Both the position numbers and the translations under genes were made by a program. The notes beneath the pieces were generated by a model. The model made no database searches and was not told the DNA's origin. It worked only from the letters and a program-made list of their open reading frames with translations. A stretch of DNA of 64,000 nucleotides from an uncultured Flavobacterium sp. (GTDB lineage: Bacteria; Bacteroidota; Bacteroidia; Flavobacteriales; Flavobacteriaceae), in assembly GCA_964642945.1 (NCBI GenBank), contig CAZXRX010000005.1, positions 12,818 through 76,817 of the forward strand, in the 5' to 3' direction. Positions 1 to 8,449 of the stretch are shown here, one piece after another. Position 1 is the stretch's first letter, and every line of letters begins with the position of its first letter.

Positions 1-60
1 ATAATTAATAAGAAATTGATTTCTTAACGGTGCAAATGTACATATTTTCAGAATATTAAT

Positions 61-68
61 TACTTTTG
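61..68 (+). promoter_or_regulatory. Bacteroidota primary-sigma -7 box (TAnnTTTG)
   Basis: TACTTTTG about 45 nt upstream of the ATG at 114. Confidence 0.55.
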
Positions 69-113
69 GCGTGAAGTTTGTATAAAACTTGATATAAAAT
101 TAATATACGATTT

Positions 114-1217
114 ATGAAAATTTACAGAAATCTGGTCCTTTTCGTTGCTTTATTCGCAATTTTATCCGTCAAAGCACAACAAAAAAAATACATAATTCAT
201 ACAGTAGCGTTTTATAATTTTGAAAACCTATTTGATACCATCAATGGCCCGAACAATGACGAAGAGTGGTTGCCAAAGGGCACACAGAACTGGACCGGAA
301 GGAAATACAAGAAAAAACTAGAGAATCTCGCACGCGTACTTTCAGAAATCGGCACCGGCGAAAACCCCAACAATTCCCCAACTCTTATAGGGGGCTGCGA
401 AATTGAAAACAGACGCGTATTGGAAGATTTGGTCAAACAACCCAAACTGATCAATAAGGATTACGGCATCGTCCACTTTGATTCGCCAGACAAAAGGGGG
501 ATTGATGTGGCTTTTTTATACCAGAAAAAACACTTCAAGCCAACCAGTTTCATCAACGTACCTTTGTACATCTATAAAAACAATGCGGCCAAGGTCACCA
601 AGAAAGAAAAAGAAGAAATTACTGACGATAATGCCGAAGCCGCACCTGATGACCGCGTTTATACCCGTGACCAGTTGCTTGTAACCGGATTTTTGGATGG
701 TGAGGAAATCAATGTCATTGTCAATCACTGGCCATCCCGTTCAGGTGGAGAGAAAAAAAGTTCCCCATTCCGTGAAGCGGCAGGTGCACTGAACCGCAAA
801 ATCATCGATTCCATCATCAAAATCAACCCCAACGCCAAAATCATCACCATGGGTGACCTCAATGACGGATCTTATAACGTGAGTGTCAAAAAAGAACTGG
901 GTGCCAAACTCAAAAAAACCGAGTTGAAAGAACCAAGGGATATTTACAATCCTTTCGAGCAAATGGCCAAAGACGGCAATGCCTCGCTTTTTTACCGTGA
1001 TGCAGGAGATATTTTTGACCAAATCATGGTTTCTGAAGAATTGTGCAAACCCGATCACGATTCTTACCGCTATTGGAAAGCCGGCATCTGGAACAAACCC
1101 TACATGATCCAAACCACGGGGCAGTACAAAGGCTATCCGCTCCGTAATTCGCTTAACGAACCCGGGTTCAGCGACCACTTTCCCGTCTATATTTACCTGA
1201 TTAAGGAAAAGAAATAA
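114..1217 (+). CDS. Secreted endonuclease/exonuclease/phosphatase (EEP) family protein
   Basis: Signal peptide; FYNFENLFD, HWPSR, MGDLND, FDQI and SDHFPV motifs. Confidence 0.85.
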   Translation: MKIYRNLVLFVALFAILSVKAQQKKYIIHTVAFYNFENLFDTINGPNNDEEWLPKGTQNWTGRKYKKKLENLARVLSEIGTGENPNNSPTLIGGCEIENRRVLEDLVKQPKLINKDYGIVHFDSPDKRGIDVAFLYQKKHFKPTSFINVPLYIYKNNAAKVTKKEKEEITDDNAEAAPDDRVYTRDQLLVTGFLDGEEINVIVNHWPSRSGGEKKSSPFREAAGALNRKIIDSIIKINPNAKIITMGDLNDGSYNVSVKKELGAKLKKTELKEPRDIYNPFEQMAKDGNASLFYRDAGDIFDQIMVSEELCKPDHDSYRYWKAGIWNKPYMIQTTGQYKGYPLRNSLNEPGFSDHFPVYIYLIKEKK

Positions 1218-1222
1218 AATTC

Positions 1223-1257
1223 AAAAAGGTTGGCTGGTGCCGGCCTTTTTATTTTTT
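1223..1257 (+). terminator. Intrinsic terminator
   Basis: AAAAAGGTTGGC-TGGT-GCCGGCCTTTTT followed by a T-rich tail, just after the stop codon. Confidence 0.55.
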
Positions 1258-1280
1258 GTAAATTCGTAAAAATTTCCCTT

Positions 1281-1823
1281 ATGGCCATTCCAAAACCCTT
1301 CAACCTCACCCAATGGATTGCAGACAACAGGCAGCTCCTCAAACCACCGGTGGGCAACAAAAACCTCTACATCGATTCTGAAGATTATATCGTCATGGTC
1401 GTCGCCGGTCCCAATGCCCGGAAAGATTACCATTACAACGAAACCGAAGAGTTGTTTTACCAGCTCGAAGGCGACATCACCGTGTATGTGCAGGACAACG
1501 GCGAAAAGAAAGCCATGAAACTTTCGGCAGGCGATATGTACCTCCATCCGGCCAAAACCCCGCATTCCCCGAGTCGTACGGCAGGTTCCATCGGTTTGGT
1601 CATCGAAAGGAAACGCGTCGGGGCCAATGCCAAAGACGGCCTGCTCTGGTTTTGCGACAACTGCAACCACAAACTGTATGAAGTCTATTTCCCGCTCACC
1701 GATATCGAAAATGATTTCCTGCCGCATTTCAAACATTTCTACAATTCCAAGAGTCTGCGCACCTGCGACAGATGCGGTACCGTCATGGAGTCTGACCCTA
1801 AGTTTACTGACAACAAAGATTGA
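1281..1823 (+). CDS. nbaC: 3-hydroxyanthranilate 3,4-dioxygenase
   Basis: LKPPVGNK, GPNARKDYH, EELFYQLEG, PHSP and rubredoxin-like CxxC...CxxC; start placed at ATG 1281. Confidence 0.92.
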   Translation: MAIPKPFNLTQWIADNRQLLKPPVGNKNLYIDSEDYIVMVVAGPNARKDYHYNETEELFYQLEGDITVYVQDNGEKKAMKLSAGDMYLHPAKTPHSPSRTAGSIGLVIERKRVGANAKDGLLWFCDNCNHKLYEVYFPLTDIENDFLPHFKHFYNSKSLRTCDRCGTVMESDPKFTDNKD

Positions 1824-1830
1824 TTTCAGC

Positions 1831-1972
1831 AGCTATTTCCGGCTGTACTTTGCAAGCCGGCTCGTAAAAAGCTCTTTTTCCAGGCCGTAAAACGAGCTTC
1901 CGTTGGTCGCTGTTTTCCGTCGGCAAAAAGGCACTTTTTACTTCGCCGGGCTTTTCATTTCCATCCGGGCTA
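1831..1972 (+). repeat. Structured 3'-UTR repeat, long form (possibly Flavo-1-type RNA or REP-like)
   Basis: Ends AGCTATTTCCGGCTGT...TTCCATCCGGGCTA are identical to the copy at 22996-23071; interior is a long imperfect hairpin. Confidence 0.7.
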
Positions 1973-2041
1973 CACCTTGTAAATCAAAAATAAACCACTA
2001 TTTTTGCCCCAACAATTTTAAAATCAAATACCAAAAATACA

Positions 2042-3595
2042 ATGTCAACAATCGCATCACAATTCGGCATGACCGAAGCCTTGGAAATATTGGGCGTAAA
2101 AGCCATCAACGAAGGTACGTCTACCGGGCAGCACCACTTTTCAAACGGCGAAATCCTCGAAAGCCATTCGCCTGTAGACGGGCAGCTTATCGCCAAAGTA
2201 AAAACATCAACACCAGCCGATTACGAAAAAGTAATGCAGACTGCCACCGAAGCATTCAAGACCTTCCGCATGATGCCGGCTCCGAAACGCGGCGAAATCG
2301 TACGCCAGTTTGGTGAAAAACTAAGAAAATACAAAGAACCGCTGGGCAAACTCGTTTCTTACGAAATGGGAAAATCACTGCAGGAAGGTTATGGCGAAGT
2401 ACAGGAAATGATTGATATTTGTGATTTTGCAGTAGGACTTTCCCGTCAGTTGCACGGTTTGACCATGCACTCTGAGCGTCCTGGGCACCGCATGTATGAG
2501 CAATACCATCCGCTTGGGGTGGTCGGAATCATCTCGGCCTTCAACTTCCCGGTAGCCGTTTGGTCCTGGAACACGGCCTTGGCCTGGATTTGTGGCGACG
2601 TCTGCGTCTGGAAACCATCCGAAAAAACGCCATTGTGCGGTATTGCCTGCCAGAATATTATTGCTGAGGTCATTAAGGAAAACAACCTTCCTGAAGGCAT
2701 TTCCTGCCTCATCAACGGCGATTACAAAGTTGGCGAGCTGATGACGCACGACAAACGCATTCCACTCGTTTCTGCTACAGGGTCGACCCGAATGGGTAAA
2801 ATTGTGGCCCAGGCCTGCGCCGCACGTTTAGGAAACTCCTTATTGGAATTGGGCGGTAACAACGCCATCATCGTAACCCCTGATGCCGACATCAAAATGA
2901 CCGTTATCGGGGCTGTTTTTGGCGCCGTAGGAACTGCCGGACAGCGTTGCACCTCTACCAGGAGGCTGATCATCCACGAAAGCATTTATGACAAGGTAAA
3001 AGACGCCATCGTGGGTGCCTACAACCAACTCCGCATCGGAAATCCTTTGGACCAAAACAACCACGTAGGGCCGCTTATCGACAAACATGCCGTTGAAATG
3101 TACAACAAAGCCCTGCAACAAGTGGTGGCTGAAGGCGGAAAAATACTCGTGGAAGGTGGTGTTTTATCTGGCGAAGGTTACGAAAGCGGCTGCTATGTAA
3201 AACCAGCCATTGCCGAAGCTGATAATTCGTTTGAAATCGTACAGCACGAAACCTTTGCACCGGTATTGTACCTCTTGAAATATTCAGGCGATGTAACCGA
3301 TGCCATAGCCATACAGAACGGTGTGGCCCAAGGATTGTCGTCAGCCATCATGACCAACAACCTGCGCGAGGCTGAAGCCTTTTTGTCACAGGCAGGTTCA
3401 GATTGTGGTATTGCCAATGTCAACATCGGTACTTCCGGTGCTGAAATCGGTGGCGCCTTTGGCGGGGAAAAAGAAACCGGCGGCGGACGCGAATCGGGTT
3501 CTGATGCCTGGAAAGTCTACATGAGAAGACAAACCAATACCATCAACTATACCACCAGTCTGCCTTTGGCACAAGGAATCAAATTTGATTTGTAG
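2042..3595 (+). CDS. Aldehyde dehydrogenase, ALDH7 / piperideine-6-carboxylate dehydrogenase-like
   Basis: LELGGNN, GTAGQRCT and GGEKETGGGRESGSDAWK; promoter box TATTTTTG at 1999-2006. Confidence 0.88.
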   Translation: MSTIASQFGMTEALEILGVKAINEGTSTGQHHFSNGEILESHSPVDGQLIAKVKTSTPADYEKVMQTATEAFKTFRMMPAPKRGEIVRQFGEKLRKYKEPLGKLVSYEMGKSLQEGYGEVQEMIDICDFAVGLSRQLHGLTMHSERPGHRMYEQYHPLGVVGIISAFNFPVAVWSWNTALAWICGDVCVWKPSEKTPLCGIACQNIIAEVIKENNLPEGISCLINGDYKVGELMTHDKRIPLVSATGSTRMGKIVAQACAARLGNSLLELGGNNAIIVTPDADIKMTVIGAVFGAVGTAGQRCTSTRRLIIHESIYDKVKDAIVGAYNQLRIGNPLDQNNHVGPLIDKHAVEMYNKALQQVVAEGGKILVEGGVLSGEGYESGCYVKPAIAEADNSFEIVQHETFAPVLYLLKYSGDVTDAIAIQNGVAQGLSSAIMTNNLREAEAFLSQAGSDCGIANVNIGTSGAEIGGAFGGEKETGGGRESGSDAWKVYMRRQTNTINYTTSLPLAQGIKFDL

Positions 3596-3615
3596 TGTTT
3601 AAAAACAGCATAAAT

Positions 3616-3647
3616 AAAAAGCGCCCTGAATTTCAGGGCGCTTTTTT
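3616..3647 (+). terminator. Intrinsic terminator
   Basis: AAAAAGCGCCCTGAA-T-TTCAGGGCGCTTTTT followed by T run. Confidence 0.85.
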
Positions 3648-3674
3648 AGTTTAATTCTAAATTAACCCAAAAAA

Positions 3675-3704
3675 TTTGCCGGTAAACAAAAAGGGCTATT
3701 TTTG
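3675..3704 (+). promoter_or_regulatory. Promoter for the leader/PcfJ transcript
   Basis: TTTG (3675-3678), 18-nt spacer, TATTTTTG (3697-3704). Confidence 0.6.
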
Positions 3705-3727
3705 CCGCCGGATTTAAAACAAAAACC

Positions 3728-3802
3728 ATGCATTTTATCAAATCGACATATTTACAGCTTTGCGACGGAAATGATTTTCCGGGTCGTAGTTTTGGGGTTT
3801 GA
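3728..3802 (+). CDS. Putative leader peptide 1, MHFIKSTYLQLCDGNDFPGRSFGV (24 aa)
   Basis: A-rich context before ATG; 3' codons are complementary to the 5' arm of the downstream terminator. Confidence 0.6.
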   Translation: MHFIKSTYLQLCDGNDFPGRSFGV

Positions 3803-3839
3803 TAAAAAGGATTAGGAATAAACCAATCAATATAACAAC

Positions 3840-3868
3840 AACCCGAAACGAAACTTTCGGGTTTTTTT
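3840..3868 (+). terminator. Attenuator terminator 1
   Basis: AACCCGAAA-CGAAAC-TTTCGGGTT followed by T run. Confidence 0.8.
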
Positions 3869-3900
3869 ATGCCTTTATGGAACAGAAAAATTTAAACAAC

Positions 3901-3963
3901 ATGGGTGCATTATGCGTAATGCGCATCACAACAGATTATCCAGAACCGGATGGGCTGCCCTGA
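3901..3963 (+). CDS. Putative leader peptide 2, MGALCVMRITTDYPEPDGLP (20 aa)
   Basis: AAAAATTTAAACAAC before ATG (in-frame ATG also at 3877); CCAGAACCGG pairs perfectly with the terminator arm at 3991-4000. Confidence 0.6.
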   Translation: MGALCVMRITTDYPEPDGLP

Positions 3964-3988
3964 GGCAGTTGATCATGATATTTATCGT

Positions 3989-4019
3989 GCCCGGTTCTGG
4001 TTTCAGTACCGGGTTTTTT
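3989..4019 (+). terminator. Attenuator terminator 2
   Basis: GCCCGGTTCTG-GTTT-CAGTACCGGGT followed by T run, about 40 nt before the PcfJ-like start. Confidence 0.75.
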
Positions 4020-4060
4020 ATTTGGTAAAACCTAAAAAAGATAAATAAATGTAACAGAAA

Positions 4061-5476
4061 ATGAAAACGCTAGTAAACACAAACCATTTTGCCAACAAGC
4101 CAAAATCTGCCTTTACACTCATGGTAGAAAGCCTCTATGTGGCAAATACGACAAAAATCGGTAATCAAGGGACTTTGGCCTCTGTGATAGGGACCTGTTT
4201 TGCCTCAATGAGCCAAACCCAACATACCTGGAAAAGGGAAACCTTCCGCGATTTGTTGTTGCATCTCGAGGCCCAGGGCTGTTATGGTTTGTTGAAGGAT
4301 GAATTGTTTATCAATGCCTTGGCCAATATGGCGTCTTTTGGAAACAAACTGGTGCGTGAAATCGGTACTTGGGAAAAAAACTCCTGGGTAGCCGAAAACC
4401 AAATGAGTTCCCTTATCAGGCACTGTTTTGCAACCTATGGAGTGCCGGAATTCCTGGAAAGTGTTTTCTTCGAAGAAAGCAAGATACACATGTTTTGGTA
4501 TGTGCAGTTGGGTAGGGGTGAAAGTGTTTTGGCCCTGCGTGCCTTTCCGGTAAAATTTACCAAGAAAATGGCACACGCATTCAAGAATGCCAAAGCCAAC
4601 TACACCTTGGCACAAGCCATCAGATGGGCCCAGGCCAAAGGTTACGGTGCTTCTGAAACAATGGCCGAAACCCTGGCATGGAGCAGTTTGCCTGAGCATT
4701 TTGAAGCGGAAGCCTTTTGGGAAACAGTTATCGTCTTTTTTTCAAGATACGAAGAATTGCATTTTGGCAAAGTACAGGAAGCCATTTTTTACATACGCGA
4801 ACAAATCCGGGCAGACCAGAATTTCAGCATGAAAGGAAGAACCTGGGAAGCCCTAACCAGGCAATCTGATGCATGGCACCTGGCTTACCATAAAAGGATG
4901 GAAGCCCAGAACAGGGCCGAGTGGGCTGTGAGCGATATCAATGGTTTGAGCAAGGCCGTCCTGAACGGCAACCAGCTCACCCATTATGAGCTCGTCGAAT
5001 TGCTTACTTCTGAAGCCTTGTATGAAGAAGGTGAGGCCATGAGCCACTGTGTTGCCGAGTACGAGTACGACTGTATCGAAGGCAAATCTGCGATATTTTC
5101 CCTGCGAAAAAGGTCAGGCGGTACGGAAACCATTTTGGCGACCCTCGAAGTGGCTTTGTACTACAGGGCAGTGGTACAGGCCAAGGCCCAATACAATGAA
5201 CCTATTTCTGCGGAGGCTGAAGAAATCCTTTTTGCCTGGGCCAGCAAGGAAAAATTGGACTTGGATTATGAGGAATATGAGGCAGCCGGAGACCAGGCCC
5301 AGCTACCCGCTCCTGTTGCGGAAAGGGTGTTGGCATCTCAGGGTCAAGGCGTGGTGTATAACCCGCCACAAAACAACTACAGGGCTACCCGGAATACAGA
5401 TTCCAACATTAATTGGAGGTATGTATTTTACTTGTTAATCCTGTTGGCCAAGACCTGTGCAATCTCCCGGATGTAA
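4061..5476 (+). CDS. PcfJ-like domain protein
   Basis: C-terminal L..EG..MSHCV..Y...C..G.SAIFSLR...TLEV...VQ pattern; FSMKGRT motif; hydrophobic extreme C-terminus. Confidence 0.7.
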   Translation: MKTLVNTNHFANKPKSAFTLMVESLYVANTTKIGNQGTLASVIGTCFASMSQTQHTWKRETFRDLLLHLEAQGCYGLLKDELFINALANMASFGNKLVREIGTWEKNSWVAENQMSSLIRHCFATYGVPEFLESVFFEESKIHMFWYVQLGRGESVLALRAFPVKFTKKMAHAFKNAKANYTLAQAIRWAQAKGYGASETMAETLAWSSLPEHFEAEAFWETVIVFFSRYEELHFGKVQEAIFYIREQIRADQNFSMKGRTWEALTRQSDAWHLAYHKRMEAQNRAEWAVSDINGLSKAVLNGNQLTHYELVELLTSEALYEEGEAMSHCVAEYEYDCIEGKSAIFSLRKRSGGTETILATLEVALYYRAVVQAKAQYNEPISAEAEEILFAWASKEKLDLDYEEYEAAGDQAQLPAPVAERVLASQGQGVVYNPPQNNYRATRNTDSNINWRYVFYLLILLAKTCAISRM

Positions 5477-5478
5477 AA

Positions 5479-5508
5479 AGAGCCCCTGAAATGGGGCTCT
5501 TAGTTTTT
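5479..5508. terminator. Bidirectional terminator
   Basis: AAGAGCCCC-TGAAAT-GGGGCTCTT between convergent genes. Confidence 0.75.
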
Positions 5509-6080
5509 TACTTCGTTTTCTTTACATATTGTGTCAAAATCACGATGTGCTGTCCTTCTACGCGGCCTTCAATCTGTTCGGCATTGTCCCAGACTACTTT
5601 GATGTTGTGTACGGCGGCACCGCGTTTGGCGGTAAAATTGGCGCCTTTTACGTCAAGGTCTTTAATCAGAACGACTGAATCACCATCTTTCAGAATGTTG
5701 CCATTGCTGTCTTTGTGGATGATTTTTCCGTCATCATCATCGCCTTCACCTGTAGCTTTGGCCCATTCAAGAGCTTCTTCATCCAGATACATCATTTCGA
5801 GCAGGTCGTTGTTTTTCAAACGGGCATGCATCCGCCAGGAAACAATCTGCACGGGTAAATTTTCATTCCACATGCTGTCGCTCAGGCCACGCCAATCGTT
5901 CGGGTTGGTGGTTTCAGGGTTCTCAATCTGGTCTTTGAGGTGTTGGGCAATCAGAATGCTGTTTTCGAGACTTTGCTCTGTTTTTGGCGCAACGGTGTAA
6001 ACGACGAGGTTATCGGTATTTCCGCTGATTTCACAAGCCGAATGGCTTCGTTCGTGTAGTTTTTTTTCAGTTACAGTCAT
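5508..6080 (-). CDS. PhnA-domain protein
   Basis: C-terminal DSNGNILKDGDSVVLIKDLDVKG...GAAVHNI PhnA motif. Confidence 0.85.
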   Translation of the reverse strand: MTVTEKKLHERSHSACEISGNTDNLVVYTVAPKTEQSLENSILIAQHLKDQIENPETTNPNDWRGLSDSMWNENLPVQIVSWRMHARLKNNDLLEMMYLDEEALEWAKATGEGDDDDGKIIHKDSNGNILKDGDSVVLIKDLDVKGANFTAKRGAAVHNIKVVWDNAEQIEGRVEGQHIVILTQYVKKTK

Positions 6081-6083
6081 GGA

Positions 6084-6641
6084 TTATAAGTTAAATGAAG
6101 CGCCTATCGCGAAAGTAAATTGATTGTTGAATTTGTCAAAACCCTTGATGTGTTGGTCATATTTGGCTATCGGAAAACCTGTTTCTGAATATACGCCGAA
6201 ACCATTGGTAAAGAAATAACGGAAACCCACATGGCCCCCTAAATTCCGAAGGCCTAAACTAAGTCCGGGATACAAATCCATTTTTTTATTGAAACCAAAT
6301 ACATTTCCCAGATTGGCATTGAAACGCGCTTTGAGGTCAACCCGGTCAAAAAACCGTGCCTTTTCACTCGGATATGTGCCTTGTATCAAAGGGTCATAGG
6401 CAGCATAATCAACTCCTTCAACCTCATAAATATTCTGTGTACTCAATAAATAAGAAGTAACAAATCCGGCAGAAAAATTTTCTCCCAACCCAAAATCTGC
6501 AGAACCCGAAATCCCGCTGGCACCAGACTGGACCAAAGCGCCTACCTGGATTTTTTTGTCGCCTTTTCCTTTATAGGCTTGGGCATTGGCCAAACCAACA
6601 GTAAGAACACAAAAAAGGACAATCATTTTTTTCATCATCAT
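6084..6641 (-). CDS. Outer-membrane beta-barrel protein (DUF6646-like)
   Basis: Signal peptide, AQAYKGKGD start, alternating beta strands, C-terminal GASFNL. Confidence 0.65.
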   Translation of the reverse strand: MMMKKMIVLFCVLTVGLANAQAYKGKGDKKIQVGALVQSGASGISGSADFGLGENFSAGFVTSYLLSTQNIYEVEGVDYAAYDPLIQGTYPSEKARFFDRVDLKARFNANLGNVFGFNKKMDLYPGLSLGLRNLGGHVGFRYFFTNGFGVYSETGFPIAKYDQHIKGFDKFNNQFTFAIGASFNL

Positions 6642-6678
6642 TAATATTTAAAATTTTTGCAAATATAGCAGTTCAGAA

Positions 6679-7416
6679 TCAATTCCTTCCTTTTTCGTTG
6701 GGGTATAATTGAGGCAAGGGTTCGCTTTGCCAAAAGGCTTTGGAATTTATATCCAGAATGGTCAAAGGGCCTTTGAAGGCGGCACCGGTATCGATGTTCC
6801 AAACATTGGCTTTGTGCACCGGAACGGTTTGCCCGATGCGGGTAACAGGGGTGTGTCCGATATAGATTTCGTCATATAAAGTGAACCTTTTCGGATAGAC
6901 TGGGCTTGTTTTTTCTACAGAGGGGTCTAAAGCAAGAGCCGTTTCCCAGAGGGTACGGTCCCAATAGAACAATTTCGGGAAATATTCATATTGGATGCCG
7001 TTCATGTTGGTAAAACCGGCATGGATGAACAGCCTGTTCTGCGCATCGAGGTAGTAATCCTGCAATGATTCCAGGAATTCAATGTGTTTTTTCCGGTGGA
7101 GTTCCGGCAGGTCTGCATAGGCGGTAATGGTAGCCTCACCGCCGTGTTTGAACCACATTTCCTCATCGATGTTTTGGGTATTGCATTTCAACCAATCGAG
7201 TAGTAATTCGTCATGGTTGCCCCTGATGAAAATGCAGTTTTGCCGTTCTTTGAGTTCGAGCAGCAAATCAATAACCTGTGGCGACTGGCTCCAGCCATCA
7301 ACATAATCGCCCAGAAATATCAACGTGTCTTCAGGCGATGTTTGGGCGCGTTCAAAAACCTGGTGTAAGGCCCTTAAACCGCCGTGTATGTCGCCAATGA
7401 CCAATGTTCTTTTCAT
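6679..7416 (-). CDS. Metallophosphoesterase (PPP Ser/Thr phosphatase-like)
   Basis: GDIHG, GDYVD, GNHD, HAG, GHTP and IDTG motifs. Confidence 0.9.
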   Translation of the reverse strand: MKRTLVIGDIHGGLRALHQVFERAQTSPEDTLIFLGDYVDGWSQSPQVIDLLLELKERQNCIFIRGNHDELLLDWLKCNTQNIDEEMWFKHGGEATITAYADLPELHRKKHIEFLESLQDYYLDAQNRLFIHAGFTNMNGIQYEYFPKLFYWDRTLWETALALDPSVEKTSPVYPKRFTLYDEIYIGHTPVTRIGQTVPVHKANVWNIDTGAAFKGPLTILDINSKAFWQSEPLPQLYPNEKGRN

Positions 7417-7493
7417 AAAAACAGATACTTGTAAAAATAACAGCAATCTACGTATTTAATTGCCTTGAAAATGATGAAAGAAAAGACTTTTTA

Positions 7494-8351
7494 TTAGGTG
7501 TTTTTCAATTGTAAAACAGCTTGTTTTCCGGCCTCATTTTTATTCATTCCATATAAAAAATAAAACAGTTTATGGATAGCCACAGCAGGCAACAGGGCAC
7601 ACAGCATCTGGGCCAGGAGGTACGCATAATCCATAAAAGTGAAATGCATCTTTTTGTGGTTTTTCCACTTCAGTTTAATGGTGTTGATTAAATAAGGTTT
7701 GATTCTCTTGATTCTTATCGAATAGGGTGCGTAATAATCATAAAGGATTTCCTGAAGGTTATGTAAAACGACGCCTTGGCTGTACCACCGCATCCACAAG
7801 TCATAATCTTCCGCCAAGCGTTCCTTGTAAGAGCCATGTTTTAAAAATATTTCCTTTCGTATCAATACCGATCCGGCACCCACAGGACAAACCCGGTTGA
7901 TTTCTTTGCCGACCACCGCTTGGTATTTCATCTCAAATTTAAAATCAGATTCATTGTCAATGAACAGTAACAAGGTTCCCAAAACACCTACTTCCGGATT
8001 GGCCAACAGATAAGCATACTGGCGTTCGAATCTGTCCGGACGTGAAAAATCATCTGCATCCTGCCGGGCAATAAATGCACCACGCGCCCGGTTGATGCCT
8101 TTGTTCAAACTTTCAGTAATGCCCAGATTGGTTTCATTGATTATATACACGAACCGCGAATCAGTTACGGCATATTCCTTAAGTAAATTGATGGATGCGT
8201 TGTTTTGCGGATTGTCTAAGATTACTATCAGTTCCAGGCTTTTAAAGGTTTGATTTAAAATAGAATCTATGGCATTTTTCAATACGGCTACAGGTTCTTT
8301 ATAAGTAGGCAATACCACTGAAATAACAGGAAAATGGTCTTCGACAGTCAT
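7494..8351 (-). CDS. Glycosyltransferase family 2
   Basis: ISVVLPTY, SILNQT, QDADD and EDYDLW motifs; AT-rich. Confidence 0.9.
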   Translation of the reverse strand: MTVEDHFPVISVVLPTYKEPVAVLKNAIDSILNQTFKSLELIVILDNPQNNASINLLKEYAVTDSRFVYIINETNLGITESLNKGINRARGAFIARQDADDFSRPDRFERQYAYLLANPEVGVLGTLLLFIDNESDFKFEMKYQAVVGKEINRVCPVGAGSVLIRKEIFLKHGSYKERLAEDYDLWMRWYSQGVVLHNLQEILYDYYAPYSIRIKRIKPYLINTIKLKWKNHKKMHFTFMDYAYLLAQMLCALLPAVAIHKLFYFLYGMNKNEAGKQAVLQLKNT

Positions 8352-8449
8352 GAATCGGAATATTTTTTATAAAAATAAGTGAAATCATTTTAACCTAGTA
8401 TTTTTCCTGGAAATTTATTTACATTTGGAAACCATCAAAGCCAATATCC

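Noticed and set aside
1903..2316. 137-aa ORF starting inside the repeat
   Set aside because: It overlaps the ALDH gene out of frame and crosses its promoter, with no protein-like features.
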